Source: the human T2T-CHM13v2.0 reference genome, Homo sapiens. From it: 64,000 nt of DNA. The notes below the pieces were generated by a model, which worked only from the letters and a program-made list of their open reading frames with translations, made no database searches and had not been told where the DNA came from. Made by a program: the position numbers and the translations under genes. Positions 11,601-26,600 of this stretch are shown here, piece after piece (position 1 is the stretch's first letter; each line of letters starts with the position of its first letter). The stretch lies in the NCBI RefSeq assembly GCF_009914755.1, contig NC_060944.1, one strand, 5' to 3'.

Positions 11601-14600
11601 CATTTGGATTGCTTTCAGGCCTAAGGTGAAAAAGGAAATATCTTCCCATAAAAACTAGACAGAAGCATTCTCAGAAACTTGTTTGTGATGTGTGCCCTCT
11701 ACTGACAGAGTTGAACCTTTCTTTGCAAAGAGCAGTTTTGAAACACTCTTTTTGTAGAATCTGCAAGAGGATATTTGGATAGCTTTGAGGATTTCTTGGG
11801 AAACGGGAATGTCTTCAGATAAACTCTAGACAGAAGCATTCTCAGAAACTTCTTTGGGATGTTTCAATTGAAGTCACAGTGTTGAACATTCCCTTTCACA
11901 GAGCAGGTTTGAAACACTCTTTTTGTAGTGTCTATAAGTGAACATTTGGCGTGCTTTCAGGCCTAACGTGAAAAAGGAAATATCTTCCCATAAAAACTAG
12001 ACAGAAGCATTCTCAGAAACTTGTTCTTGATGTGTGCCCTCTACTGACAGAGTTGAACCTTTCTTTGCAAAGAGCAGCTTTGAAACACTCTTTTTGTAGA
12101 ATCTGCAAGAGGATATTTGGATAGCTTGGAGGATTTCGTTGGAAACGGGTATGTCTTCAGATAAACTCTAGACAGAAGCATTCTCAGAAACTTCTTTGGG
12201 ATGTTGCATTCAAGTCACAGAGTAGAACATTCCCATTCATAGAGCAGATTTGAAACACTCTTTTTGTAGTATCTGGAAGTGGACATTTGGAGCGCTTTCA
12301 GGCCTATGTTGAAAAAGGAAATATCTTCCCATAAAAACTAGACGGAAGCATTCTCAGAAACTTATTTGTGATGTGTTTGCTCAACTAACAGGATTGAACC
12401 ATCGTTTTGAAGGAGCAGTTTTGAAACACTGTTTTCGTGGAATCTGCAAGTGGATATTTGGCTAGCTTTGAGGATTTCGTTGGAAACGGGATTACATATA
12501 AAAAGGAGACAGCAGCATTCTCAGAAACTTCTTTGTGATGTCTGCATTCAATTCACAGAGTTGAGCATTCCCTTTCATAGAGCAGGTTGGAAACACTCTT
12601 TTTGTAGTATCTGGATGAGGACATTTGGAGCGCTTTCAGGCGTATGGTGAAAAAGGAAATATCTTCCCGTAAAAACTAGACAGAAGCATTCTCAGAAGTT
12701 TATTTGTGATGTGTGCCCTCAACTAACAGAGTTGAACCTTTCTTTTGATAGAGCAGTTTTGAAACACTCTTTTTGTAAAATCTGCAAGAGGATATTTGGA
12801 TAGCTTTGAGGATTTCGTTGCAAACGGGAATGGCTTCATATAAACTCTAGACAGAAGCATTCTCAGAAACTTCGTTGGGATGTTTCGATTGAAGTCCCAG
12901 TGTTGAACATTCCCTTTTATAGAGCAGGTTGGAAACACTCTTTCTGCATTCCCTGGAAGTGGACATTTGGAGCGCTTTCAGGACGACGGTGAAAATGGAA
13001 ATATCTTCCAAGAAAATCTAGATAGAAGCAACGTCAGAAACTTTTATGTGATGGATCTACTCAGCTAACAGAGTTGAACCTTTCTTTTGAGAGAGCAGTT
13101 TTGCAACACTCTTTTTGTGGAATATGCAAGTGGATATTAGGGCAGCTTTGAGGATTTCGTTGGAAACGGGAATACATGTAAAAAGCAGACAGCAGCATTC
13201 TCAGAAACTTCTTTGTGATGTTTGCATTGAAGTCACAGAGTTGAACATTCCCTTTGAGAGAGCAGGTTTGAAACACGCCTTTTGTCATATCTGGAAGTGT
13301 CCATTCGGAGCGCATTCAGGCTTGTGTTGAAACAGGAAATATCCTCCCATAAAAACTAGACAGAAGCATTCTCAGAAACTTATCTGTGATGTATGTACTC
13401 AACTAACAGAACTAAACCATCGTTTTGAAGGAGCAGTTTTGAAACACTCTTTTTGCGGAATCTGCAAGTGGATATTTGGCTAGCTGGGAGGATTTCGTTG
13501 GAAACGGGATTACATACAAAAAGCAGACAGCAGCATTCTCAGAAACTTCTTTGTGATGTTTGCATTCAAGTCACAGAGTTGAACATTCCCTTTCATAGAG
13601 CAGGTTTGAAACACTCTTTTTGTAGTATCTGGATGTGGACATTTGGATCGCTTTCAGGCCTATGGTGAAAAAGGAAATATCTTCCCATGAAAACTAGACA
13701 GAAGCATTCTCAGAAACTTATTTGTGATGTGTGCCCTCAACTGACAGTGTTGAACCTTTGTTTTGATAGAGCAGTTCTGAAACACACTTTTTGTAAAATC
13801 TGCAAGAGGATATTTGGATAGCTTTGAGGATTTCGTTGGAAACGGGAATGTCTTCATGTAAACTCTAGACAGAAGCATTCTCAGAAACTGCTTTGAGATG
13901 TTTCAATTGAAGTCCCAGTGTTGAACATTCCCTTTCATAGAGCAGGTTTGAAACACTCTTTTTGTACTATCTGGAAGTGGACATTTGGAGCGCTTTCAGG
14001 TCTACGGTGAAAAAGGAGATATCTTCCAATAAAAACTAGATAGAAGCAATGTCAGAACTTTTTTCATGATGTATCTACTCAGCAAACAGAGTTGAACCTT
14101 TCTTTTGAGAGAGCAGTTTTGAAACACTCTTTTTGTGGAATATGCAAGTGGGTATTAGGCCAGCTTGGAGGATTTCGTTGGAAACGGGAATACGTATAAA
14201 AAGCAGACAGCAGCATTGTCAGAAACTACTTTGTGATGTTTGCATTCAAGTCACAGAATTGAACACTCCCTTTCACAGAGCAGGTTTGAAACACTCTTTT
14301 TGTAGTGTCTGTAAGTGAACATTTGGATTGCTTTCAGGCCTAAGGTGAAAAAGGAAATATCTTCCCATAAAAACTAGACAGAAGCATTCTCAGAAACTTG
14401 TTTGTGATGTGTGCCCTCTACTGACAGAGTTGAACCTTTCTTTGCAAAGAGCAGTTTTGAAACACTCTTTTTGTAGAATCTGCAAGAGGATATTTGGATA
14501 GCTTTGAGGATTTCTTGGGAAACGGGAATGTCTTCAGATAAACTCTAGACAGAAGCATTCTCAGAAACTTCTTTGGGATGTTTCAATTGAAGTCACAGTG

Positions 14601-17600
14601 TTGAACATTCCCTTTCACAGAGCAGGTTTGAAACACTCTTTTTGTAGTGTCTATAAGTGAACATTTGGCGTGCTTTCAGGCCTAACGTGAAAAAGGAAAT
14701 ATCTTCCCATAAAAACTAGACAGAAGCATTCTCAGAAACTTGTTCTTGATGTGTCCCCTCTACTGACAGAGTTGAACCTTTCTTTGCAAAGAGCAGCTTT
14801 GAAACACTCTTTTTGTAGAATCTGCAAGAGGATATTTGGATAGCTTGGAGGATTTCGTTGGAAACGGGTATGTCTTCAGATAAACTCTAGACAGAAGCAT
14901 TCTCAGAAACTTCTTTGGGAAGTTGCATTCAAGTCACAGAGTAGAACATTCCCATTCATAGAGCAGATTTGAAACACTCTTTTTGTAGTATCTGGAAGTG
15001 GACATTTGGAGCGCTTTCAGGCCTATGTTGAAAAAGGAAATATCTTCCCATAAAAACTAGACGGAAGCATTCTCAGAAACTTATTTGTGATGTGTTTGCT
15101 CAACTAACAGGATTGAACCATCGTTTTGAAGGAGCAGTTTTGAAACACTGTTTTCGTGGAATCTGCAAGTGGATATTTGGCTAGCTTTGAGGATTTCGTT
15201 GGAAACGGGATTACATATAAAAAGGAGACAGCAGCATTCTCAGAAACTTCTTTGTGATGTCTGCATTCAATTCACAGAGTTGAGCATTCCCTTTCATAGA
15301 GCAGGTTGGAAACACTCTTTTTGTAGTATCTGGATGAGGACATTTGGAGCGCTTTCAGGCGTATGGTGAAAAAGGAAATATCTTCCCGTAAAAACTAGAC
15401 AGAAGCCTTCTCAGAAGTTTATTTGTGATGTGTGCCCTCAACTAACAGAGTTGAACCTTTCTTTTGATAGAGCAGTTTTGAAACACTCTTTTTGTAAAAT
15501 CTGCAAGAGGATATTTGGATAGCTTTGAGGATTTCGTTGCAAACGGGAATGGCTTCATATAAACTCTAGACAGAAGCATTCTCAGAAACTTCGTTGGGAT
15601 GTTTCGATTGAAGTCCCAGTGTTGAACATTCCCTTTTATAGAGCAGGTTGGAAACACTCTTTCTGCATTCCCTGGAAGTGGACATTTGGAGCGCTTTCAG
15701 GACGACGGTGAAAATGGAAATATCTTCCAAGAAAATCTAGATAGAAGCAATGTCAGAAACTTTTATGTGATGGATCTACTCAGCTAACAGAGTTGAACCT
15801 TTCTTTTGAGAGAGCAGTTTTGCAACACTCTTTTTGTGGAATATGCAAGTGGATATTAGGGCAGCTTTGAGGATTTCGTTGGAAACGGGAATACATGTAA
15901 AAAGCAGACAGCAGCATTCTCAGAAACTTCTTTGTGATGTTTGCATTGAAGTCACAGAGTTGAACATTCCCTTTGAGAGAGCAGGTTTGAAACACGCCTT
16001 TTGTCATATCTGGAAGTGTCCATTCGGAGCGCATTCAGGCTTGTGTTGAAAAAGGAAATATCCTCCCATAAAAACTAGACAGAAGCATTCTCAGAAACTT
16101 ATCTGTGATGTATGTACTCAACTAACAGAACTAAACCATCGTTTTGAAGGAGCAGTTTTGAAACACTCTTTTTGCGGAATCTGCAAGTGGATATTTGGCT
16201 AGCTGGGAGGATTTCGTTGGAAACGGGATTACATACAAAAAGCAGAGAGCAGCATTCTCAGAAACTTCTTTGTGATGTTTGCATTCAAGTCACAGAGTTG
16301 AACATTCCCTTTCATAGAGCAGGTTTGAAACACTCTTTTTGTAGTATCTGGATGTGGACATTTGGATCGCTTTCAGGCCTATGGTGAAAAAGGAAATATC
16401 TTCCCATGAAAACTAGACAGAAGCATTCTCAGAAACTTATTTGTGATGTGTGCCCTCAACTGACAGTGTTGAACCTTTGTTTTGATAGAGCAGTTCTGAA
16501 ACACACTTTTTGTAAAATCTGCAAGAGGATATTTGGATAGCTTTGAGGATTTCGTTGGAAACGGGAATGTCTTCATGTAAACTCTGGACAGAAGCATTCT
16601 CAGAAACTGCTTTGGGATGTTTCAATTGAAGTCCCAGTGTTGAACATTCCCTTTCATAGAGCAGGTTTGAAACACTCTTTTTGTACTATCTGGAAGTGGA
16701 CATTTGGAGCGCTTTCAGGTCTACGGTGAAAAAGGAGATATCTTCCAATAAAAACTAGATAGAAGCAATGTCAGAACTTTTTTCATGATGTATCTACTCA
16801 GCAAACAGAGTTGAACCTTTCTTTTGAGAGAGCAGTTTTGAAACACTCTTTTTGTGGAATATGCAAGTGGGTATTAGGCCAGCTTGGAGGATTTCGTTGG
16901 AAACGGGAATACGTATAAAAAGCAGACAGCAGCATTGTCAGAAACTACTTTGTGATGTTTGCATTCAAGTCACAGAATTGAACACTCCCTTTCACAGAGC
17001 AGGTTTGAAACACTCTTTTTGTAGTGTCTGTAAGTGAACATTTGGATTGCTTTCAGGCCTAAGGTGAAAAAGGAAATATCTTCCCATAAAAACTAGACAG
17101 AAGCATTCTCAGAAACTTGTTTGTGATGTGTGCCCTCTACTGACAGAGTTGAACCTTTCTTTGCAAAGAGCAGTTTTGAAACACTCTTTTTGTAGAATCT
17201 GCAAGAGGATATTTGGATAGCTTTGAGGATTTCTTGGGAAACGGGAATGTCTTCAGATAAACTCTAGACAGAAGCATTCTCAGAAACTTCTTTGGGATGT
17301 TTCAATTGAAGTCACAGTGTTGAACATTCCCTTTCACAGAGCAGGTTTGAAACACTCTTTTTGTAGTGTCTATAAGTGAACATTTGGCGTGCTTTCAGGC
17401 CTAACGTGAAAAAGGAAATATCTTCCCATAAAAACTAGACAGAAGCATTCTCAGAAACTTGTTCGTGATGTGTGCCCTCTACTGACAGAGTTGAACCTTT
17501 CTTTGCAAAGAGCAGCTTTGAAACACACTTTTTGTAGAATCTGCAAGAGGATATTTGGATAGCTTGGAGGATTTCGTTGGAAACGGGTATGTCTTCAGAT

Positions 17601-20600
17601 AAACTCTAGACAGAAGCATTCTCAGAAACTTCTTTGGGATGTTGCATTCAAGTCACAGAGTAGAACATTCCCATTCATAGAGCAGATTTGAAACACTCTT
17701 TTTGTAGTATCTGGAAGTGGACATTTGGAGCGCTTTCAGGCCTATGTTGAAAAAGGAAATATCTTCCCATAAAAACTAGACGGAAGCATTCTCAGAAACT
17801 TATTTGTGATGTGTTTGCTCAACTAACAGGATTGAACCATCGTTTTGAAGGAGCAGTTTTGAAACACTGTTTTCGTGGAATCTGCAAGTGGATATTTGGC
17901 TAGCTTTGAGGATTTCGTTGGAAACGGGATTACATATAAAAAGGAGACAGCAGCATTCTCAGAAACTTCTTTGTGATGTCTGCATTCAATTCACAGAGTT
18001 GAGCATTCCCTTTCATAGAGCAGGTTGGAAACACTCTTTTTGTAGTATCTGGATGAGGACATTTGGAGCGCTTTCAGGCGTATGGTGAAAAAGGAAATAT
18101 CTTCCCGTAAAAACTAGACAGAAGCATTCTCAGAAGTTTATTTGTGATGTGTGCCCTCAACTAACAGAGTTGAACCTTTCTTTTGATAGAGCAGTTTTGA
18201 AACACTCTTTTTGTAAAATCTGCAAGAGGATATTTGGATAGCTTTGAGGATTTCGTTGCAAACGGGAATGGCTTCATATAAACTCTAGACAGAAGCATTC
18301 TCAGAAACTTCGTTGGGATGTTTCGATTGAAGTCCCAGTGTTGAACATTCCCTTTTATAGAGCAGGTTGGAAACACTCTTTCTGCATTCCCTGGAAGTGG
18401 ACATTTGGAGCGCTTTCAGGACGACGGTGAAAATGGAAATATCTTCCAAGAAAATCTAGATAGAAGCAATGTCAGAAACTTTTATGTGATGGATCTACTC
18501 AGCTAACAGAGTTGAACCTTTCTTTTGAGAGAGCAGTTTTGCAACACTCTTTTTGTGGAATATGCAAGTGGATATTAGGGCAGCTTTGAGGATTTCGTTG
18601 GAAACGGGAATACATGTAAAAAGCAGACAGCAGCATTCTCAGAAACTTCTTTGTGATGTTTGCATTGAAGTCACAGAGTTGAACATTCCCTTTGAGAGAG
18701 CAGGTTTGAAACACGCCTTTTGTCATATCTGGAAGTGTCCATTCGGAGCGCATTCAGGCTTGTGTTGAAAAAGGAAATATCCTCCCATAAAAACTAGACA
18801 GAAGCATTCTCAGAAACTTATCTGTGATGTATGTACTCAACTAACAGAACTAAACCATCGTTTTGAAGGAGCAGTTTTGAAACACTCTTTTTGCGGAATC
18901 TGCAAGTGGATATTTGGCTAGCTGGGAGGATTTCGTTGGAAACGGGATTACATACAAAAAGCAGAGAGCAGCATTCTCAGAAACTTCTTTGTGATGTTTG
19001 CATTCAAGTCACAGAGTTGAACATTCCCTTTCATAGAGCAGGTTTGAAACACTCTTTTTGTAGTATCTGGATGTGGACATTTGGATCGCTTTCAGGCCTA
19101 TGGTGAAAAAGGAAATATCTTCCCATGAAGACTAGACAGAAGCATTCTCAGAAACTTATTTGTGATGTGTGCCCTCAACTGACAGTGTTGAACCTTTGTT
19201 TTGATAGAGCAGTTCTGAAACACACTTTTTGTAAAATCTGCAAGAGGATATTTGGATAGCTTTGAGGATTTCGTTGGAAACGGGAATGTCTTCATGTAAA
19301 CTCTAGACAGAAGCATTCTCAGAAACTGCTTTGGGATGTTTCAATTGAAGTCCCAGTGTTGAACATTCCCATTCATAGAGCAGGTTTGAAACACTCTTTT
19401 TGTACTATCTGGAAGTGGACATTTGGAGCGCTTTCAGGTCTACGGTGAAAAAGGAGATATCTTCCAATAAAAACTAGATAGAAGCAATGTCAGAACTTTT
19501 TTCATGATGTATCTACTCAGCAAACAGAGTTGAACCTTTCTTTTGAGAGAGCAGTTTTGAAACACTCTTTTTGTGGAATATGCAAGTGGGTATTAGGCCA
19601 GCTTGGAGGATTTCGTTGGAAACGGGAATACGTATAAAAAGCAGACAGCAGCATTGTCAGAAACTACTTTGTGATGTTTGCATTCAAGTCACAGAATTGA
19701 ACACTCCCTTTCACAGAGCAGGTTTGAAACACTCTTTTTGTAGTGTCTGTAAGTGAACATTTGGATTGCTTTCAGGCCTAAGGTGAAAAAGGAAATATTT
19801 TCCCATAAAAACTAGACAGAAGCATTCTCAGAAACTTGTTTGTGATGTGTGCCCTCTACTGACAGAGTTGAAGCTTTCTTTGCAAAGAGCAGTTTTGAAA
19901 CACTCTTTTTGTAGAATCTGCAAGAGGATATTTGGATAGCTTTGAGGATTTCTTGGGAAACGGGAATGTCTTCAGATAAACTCTAGACAGAAGCATTCTC
20001 AGAAACTTCTTTGGGATGTTTCAATTGAAGTCACAGTGTTGAACATTCCCTTTCACAGAGCAGGTTTGAAACACTCTTTTTGTAGTGTCTATAAGTGAAC
20101 ATTTGGCATGCTTTCAGGCCTAACGTGAAAAAGGAAATATCTTCCCATAAAAACTAGACAGAAGTATTCTCAGAAACTTGTTCTTGATGTGTCCCCTCTA
20201 CTGACAGAGTTGAACCTTTCTTTTCAAAGAGCAGCTTAGAAACACTCTTTTTGTAGAATCTGCAAGAGGATATTTGGATAGCTTGGAGGATTTCGTTGGA
20301 AACGGGTATGTCTTCAGATAAACTCTAGACAGAAGCATTCTCAGAAACTTCTTTGGGATGTTGCATTCAAGTCACAGAGTAGAACATTCCCATTCATAGA
20401 GCAGATTTGAAACACTCTTTTTGTAGTATCTGGAAGTGGACATTTGGAGCGCTTTCAGGCCTATGTTGAAAAAGGAAATATCTTCCCATAAAAACTAGAC
20501 GGAAGCATTCTCAGAAACTTATTTGTGATGTGTTTGCTCAACTAACAGGATTGAACCATCGTTTTGAAGGAGCAGTTTTGAAACACTGTTTTCGTGGAAT

Positions 20601-23600
20601 CTGCAAGTGGATATTTGGCTAGCTTTGAGGATTTCGTTGGAAACGGGATTACATATAAAAAGGAGACAGCAGCATTCTCAGAAACTTCTTTGTGATGTCT
20701 GCATTCAATTCACAGAGTTGAGCATTCCCTTTCATAGAGCAGGTTGGAAACACTCTTTTTGTAGTATCTGGATGAGGACATTTGGAGCGCTTTCAGGCGT
20801 ATGGTGAAAAAGGAAATATCTTCCCGTAAAAACTAGACAGAAGCATTCTCAGAAGTTTATTTGTGATGTGTGCCCTCAACTAACAGAGTTGAACCTTTCT
20901 TTTGATAGAGCAGTTTTGAAACACTCTTTTTGTAAAATCTGCAAGAGGATATTTGGATAGCTTTGAGGATTTCGTTGCAAACGGGAATGGCTTCATATAA
21001 ACTCTAGACAGAAGCATTCTCAGAAACTTCGTTGGGATGTTTCGATTGAAGTCCCAGTGTTGAACATTCCCTTTTATAGAGCAGGTTGGAAACACTCTTT
21101 CTGCATTCCCTGGAAGTGGACATTTGGAGCGCTTTCAGGACGACGGTGAAAATGGAAATATCTTCCAAGAAAATCTAGATAGAAGCAACGTCAGAAACTT
21201 TTATGTGATGGATCTACTCAGCTAACAGAGTTGAACCTTTCTTTTGAGAGAGCAGTTTTGCAACACTCTTTTTGTGGAATATGCAAGTGGATATTAGGGC
21301 AGCTTTGAGGATTTCGTTGGAAACGGGAATACATGTAAAAAGCAGACAGCAGCATTCTCAGAAACTTCTTTGTGATGTTTGCATTGAAGTCACAGAGTTG
21401 AACATTCCCTTTGAGAGAGCAGGTTTGAAACACGCCTTTTGTCATATCTGGAAGTGTCCATTCGGAGCGCATTCAGGCTTGTGTTGAAAAAGGAAATATC
21501 CTCCCATAAAAACTAGACAGAAGCATTCTCAGAAACTTATCTGTGATGTATGTACTCAACTAACAGAACTAAACCATCGTTTTGAAGGAGCAGTTTTGAA
21601 ACACTCTTTTTGCGGAATCTGCAAGTGGATATTTGGCTAGCTGGGAGGATTTCGTTGGAAACGGGATTACATACAAAAAGCAGACAGCAGCATTCTCAGA
21701 AACTTCTTTGTGATGTTTGCATTCAAGTCACAGAGTTGAACATTCCCTTTCATAGAGCAGGTTTGAAACACTCTTTTTGTAGTATCTGGATGTGGACATT
21801 TGGATCGCTTTCAGGCCTATGGTGAAAAAGGAAATATCTTCCCATGAAGACTAGACAGAAGCATTCTCAGAAACTTATTTGTGATGTGTGCCCTCAACTG
21901 ACAGTGTTGAACCTTTGTTTTGATAGAGCAGTTCTGAAACACACTTTTTGTAAAATCTGCAAGAGGATATTTGGATAGCTTTGAGGATTTCGTTGGAAAC
22001 GGGAATGTCTTCATGTAAACTCTAGACAGAAGCATTCTCAGAAACTGCTTTGGGATGTTTCAATTGAAGTCCCAGTGTTGAACATTCCCATTCATAGAGC
22101 AGGTTTGAAACACTCTTTTTGTACTATCTGGAAGTGGACATTTGGAGCGCTTTCAGGTCTACGGTGAAAAAGGAGATATCTTCCAATAAAAACTAGATAG
22201 AAGCAATGTCAGAACTTTTTTCATGATGTATCTACTCAGCAAACAGAGTTGAACCTTTCTTTTGAGAGAGCAGTTTTGAAACACTCTTTTTGTGGAATAT
22301 GCAAGTGGGTATTAGGCCAGCTTGGAGGATTTCGTTGGAAACGGGAATACGTATAAAAAGCAGACAGCAGCATTGTCAGAAACTACTTTGTGATGTTTGC
22401 ATTCAAGTCACAGAATTGAACACTCCCTTTCACAGAGCAGGTTTGAAACACTCTTTTTGTAGTGTCTGTAAGTGAACATTTGGATTGCTTTCAGGCCTAA
22501 GGTGAAAAAGGAAATATTTTCCCATAAAAACTAGACAGAAGCATTCTCAGAAACTTGTTTGTGATGTGTGCCCTCTACTGACAGAGTTGAAGCTTTCTTT
22601 GCAAAGAGCAGTTTTGAAACACTCTTTTTGTAGAATCTGCAAGAGGATATTTGGATAGCTTTGAGGATTTCTTGGGAAACGGGAATGTCTCCAGATAAAC
22701 TCTAGACAGAAGCATTCTCAGAAACTTCTTTGGGATGTTTCAATTGAAGTCACAGTGTTGAACATTCCCTTTCACAGAGCAGGTTTGAAACACTCTTTTT
22801 GTAGTGTCTATAAGTGAACATTTGGCGTGCTTTCAGGCCTAACGTGAAAAAGGAAATATCTTCCCATAAAAACTAGACAGAAGCATTCTCAGAAACTTGT
22901 TCTTGATGTGTGCCCTCTACTGACAGAGTTGAACCTTTCTTTGCAAAGAGCAGCTTTGAAACACTCTTTTTGTAGAATCTGCAAGAGGATATTTGGATAG
23001 CTTGGAGGATTTCGTTGGAAACGGGTATGTCTTCAGATAAACTCTAGACAGAAGCATTCTCAGAAACTTCTTTGGGATGTTGCATTCAAGTCACAGAGTA
23101 GAACATTCCCATTCATAGAGCAGATTTGAAACACTCTTTTTGTAGTATCTGGAAGTGGACATTTGGAGCGCTTTCAGGCCTATGTTGAAAAAGGAAATAT
23201 CTTCCCATAAAAACTAGACGGAAGCATTCTCAGAAACTTATTTGTGATGTGTTTGCTCAACTAACAGGATTGAACCATCGTTTTGAAGGAGCAGTTTTGA
23301 AACACTGTTTTCGTGGAATCTGCAAGTGGATATTTGGCTAGCTTTGAGGATTTCGTTGGAAACGGGATTACATATAAAAAGGAGACAGCAGCATTCTCAG
23401 AAACTTCTTTGTGATGTCTGCATTCAATTCACAGAGTTGAGCATTCCCTTTCATAGAGCAGGTTGGAAACACTCTTTTTGTAGTATCTGGATGAGGACAT
23501 TTGGAGCGCTTTCAGGCGTATGGTGAAAAAGGAAATATCTTCCCGTAAAAACTAGACAGAAGCATTCTCAGAAGTTTATTTGTGATGTGTGCCCTCAACT

Positions 23601-26600
23601 AACAGAGTTGAACCTTTCTTTTGATAGAGCAGTTTTGAAACACTCTTTTTGTAAAATCTGCAAGAGGATATTTGGATAGCTTTGAGGATTTCGTTGCAAA
23701 CGGGAATGGCTTCATATAAACTCTAGACAGAAGCATTCTCAGAAACTTCGTTGGGATGTTTCGATTGAAGTCCCAGTGTTGAACATTCCCTTTTATAGAG
23801 CAGGTTGGAAACACTCTTTCTGCATTCCCTGGAAGTGGACATTTGGAGCGCTTTCAGGACGACGGTGAAAATGGAAATATCTTCCAAGAAAATCTAGATA
23901 GAAGCAATGTCAGAAACTTTTATGTGATGGATCTACTCAGCTAACAGAGTTGAACCTTTCTTTTGAGAGAGCAGTTTTGCAACACTCTTTTTGTGGAATA
24001 TGCAAGTGGATATTAGGGCAGCTTTGAGGATTTCGTTGGAAACGGGAATACATGTAAAAAGCAGACAGCAGCATTCTCAGAAACTTCTTTGTGATGTTTG
24101 CATTGAAGTCACAGAGTTGAACATTCCCTTTGAGAGAGCAGGTTTGAAACACGCCTTTTGTCATATCTGGAAGTGTCCATTCGGAGCGCATTCAGGCTTG
24201 TGTTGAAAAAGGAAATATCCTCCCATAAAAACTAGACAGAAGCATTCTCAGAAACTTATCTGTGATGTATGTACTCAACTAACAGAACTAAACCATCGTT
24301 TTGAAGGAGCAGTTTTGAAACACTCTTTTTGCGGAATCTGCAAGTGGATATTTGGCTAGCTGGGAGGATTTCGTTGGAAACGGGATTACATACAAAAAGC
24401 AGAGAGCAGCATTCTCAGAAACTTCTTTGTGATGTTTGCATTCAAGTCACAGAGTTGAACATTCCCTTTCATAGAGCAGGTTTGAAACACTCTTTTTGTA
24501 GTATCTGGATGTGGACATTTGGATCGCTTTCAGGCCTATGGTGAAAAAGGAAATATCTTCCCATGAAGACTAGACAGAAGCATTCTCAGAAACTTATTTG
24601 TGATGTGTGCCCTCAACTGACAGTGTTGAACCTTTGTTTTGATAGAGCAGTTCTGAAACACACTTTTTGTAAAATCTGCAAGAGGATATTTGGATAGCTT
24701 TGAGGATTTCGTTGGAAACGGGAATGTCTTCATGTAAACTCTAGACAGAAGCATTCTCAGAAACTGCTTTGGGATGTTTCAATTGAAGTCCCAGTGTTGA
24801 ACATTCCCATTCATAGAGCAGGTTTGAAACACTCTTTTTGTACTATCTGGAAGTGGACATTTGGAGCGCTTTCAGGTCTACGGTGAAAAAGGAGATATCT
24901 TCCAATAAAAACTAGATAGAAGCAATGTCAGAACTTTTTTCATGATGTATCTACTCAGCAAACAGAGTTGAACCTTTCTTTTGAGAGAGCAGTTTTGAAA
25001 CACTCTTTTTGTGGAATATGCAAGTGGGTATTAGGCCAGCTTGGAGGATTTCGTTGGAAACGGGAATACGTATAAAAAGCAGACAGCAGCATTGTCAGAA
25101 ACTACTTTGTGATGTTTGCATTCAAGTCACAGAATTGAACACTCCCTTTCACAGAGCAGGTTTGAAACACTCTTTTTGTAGTGTCTGTAAGTGAACATTT
25201 GGATTGCTTTCAGGCCTAAGGTGAAAAAGGAAATATTTTCCCATAAAAACTAGACAGAAGCATTCTCAGAAACTTGTTTGTGATGTGTGCCCTCTACTGA
25301 CAGAGTTGAAGCTTTCTTTGCAAAGAGCAGTTTTGAAACACTCTTTTTGTAGAATCTGCAAGAGGATATTTGGATAGCTTTGAGGATTTCTTGGGAAACG
25401 GGAATGTCTTCAGATAAACTCTAGACAGAAGCATTCTCAGAAACTTCTTTGGGATGTTTCAATTGAAGTCACAGTGTTGAACATTCCCTTTCACAGAGCA
25501 GGTTTGAAACACTCTTTTTGTAGTGTCTATAAGTGAACATTTGGCATGCTTTCAGGCCTAACGTGAAAAAGGAAATATCTTCCCATAAAAACTAGACAGA
25601 AGCATTCTCAGAAACTTGTTCTTGATGTGTCCCCTCTACTGACAGAGTTGAACCTTTCTTTTCAAAGAGCAGCTTAGAAACACTCTTTTTGTAGAATCTG
25701 CAAGAGGATATTTGGATAGCTTGGAGGATTTCGTTGGAAACGGGTATGTCTTCAGATAAACTCTAGACAGAAGCATTCTCAGAAACTTCTTTGGGATGTT
25801 GCATTCAAGTCACAGAGTAGAACATTCCCATTCATAGAGCAGATTTGAAACACTCTTTTTGTAGTATCTGGAAGTGGACATTTGGAGCGCTTTCAGGCCT
25901 ATGTTGAAAAAGGAAATATCTTCCCATAAAAACTAGACGGAAGCATTCTCAGAAACTTATTTGTGATGTGTTTGCTCAACTAACAGAATTGAACCATCGT
26001 TTTGAAGGAGCAGTTTTGAAACACTGTTTTCGTGGAATCTGCAAGTGGATATTTGGCTAGCTTTGAGGATTTCGTTGGAAACGGGATTACATATAAAAAG
26101 GAGACAGCAGCATTCTCAGAAACTTCTTTGTGATGTCTGCATTCAATTCACAGAGTTGAGCATTCCCTTTCATAGAGCAGGTTGGAAACACTCTTTTTGT
26201 AGTATCTGGATGAGGACATTTGGAGCGCTTTCAGGCGTATGGTGAAAAAGGAAATATCTTCCCGTAAAAACTAGACAGAAGCATTCTCAGAAGTTTATTT
26301 GTGATGTGTGCCCTCAACTAACAGAGTTGAACCTTTCTTTTGATAGAGCAGTTTTGAAACACTCTTTTTGTAAAATCTGCAAGAGGATATTTGGATAGCT
26401 TTGAGGATTTCGTTGCAAACGGGAATGGCTTCATATAAACTCTAGACAGAAGCATTCTCAGAAACTTCGTTGGGATGTTTCGATTGAAGTCCCAGTGTTG
26501 AACATTCCCTTTTATAGAGCAGGTTGGAAACACTCTTTCTGCATTCCCTGGAAGTGGACATTTGGAGCGCTTTCAGGACGACGGTGAAAATGGAAATATC

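Larger units (their letters stand above)
1..18965 (+). repeat. Copy A of a ~19 kb (7-HOR) intra-array duplication; left end may lie outside the window
   Basis: The SNV pattern of HOR units 1-7 recurs in units 13-19 at +32,628 bp. The right boundary is approximate. Confidence 0.88.
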
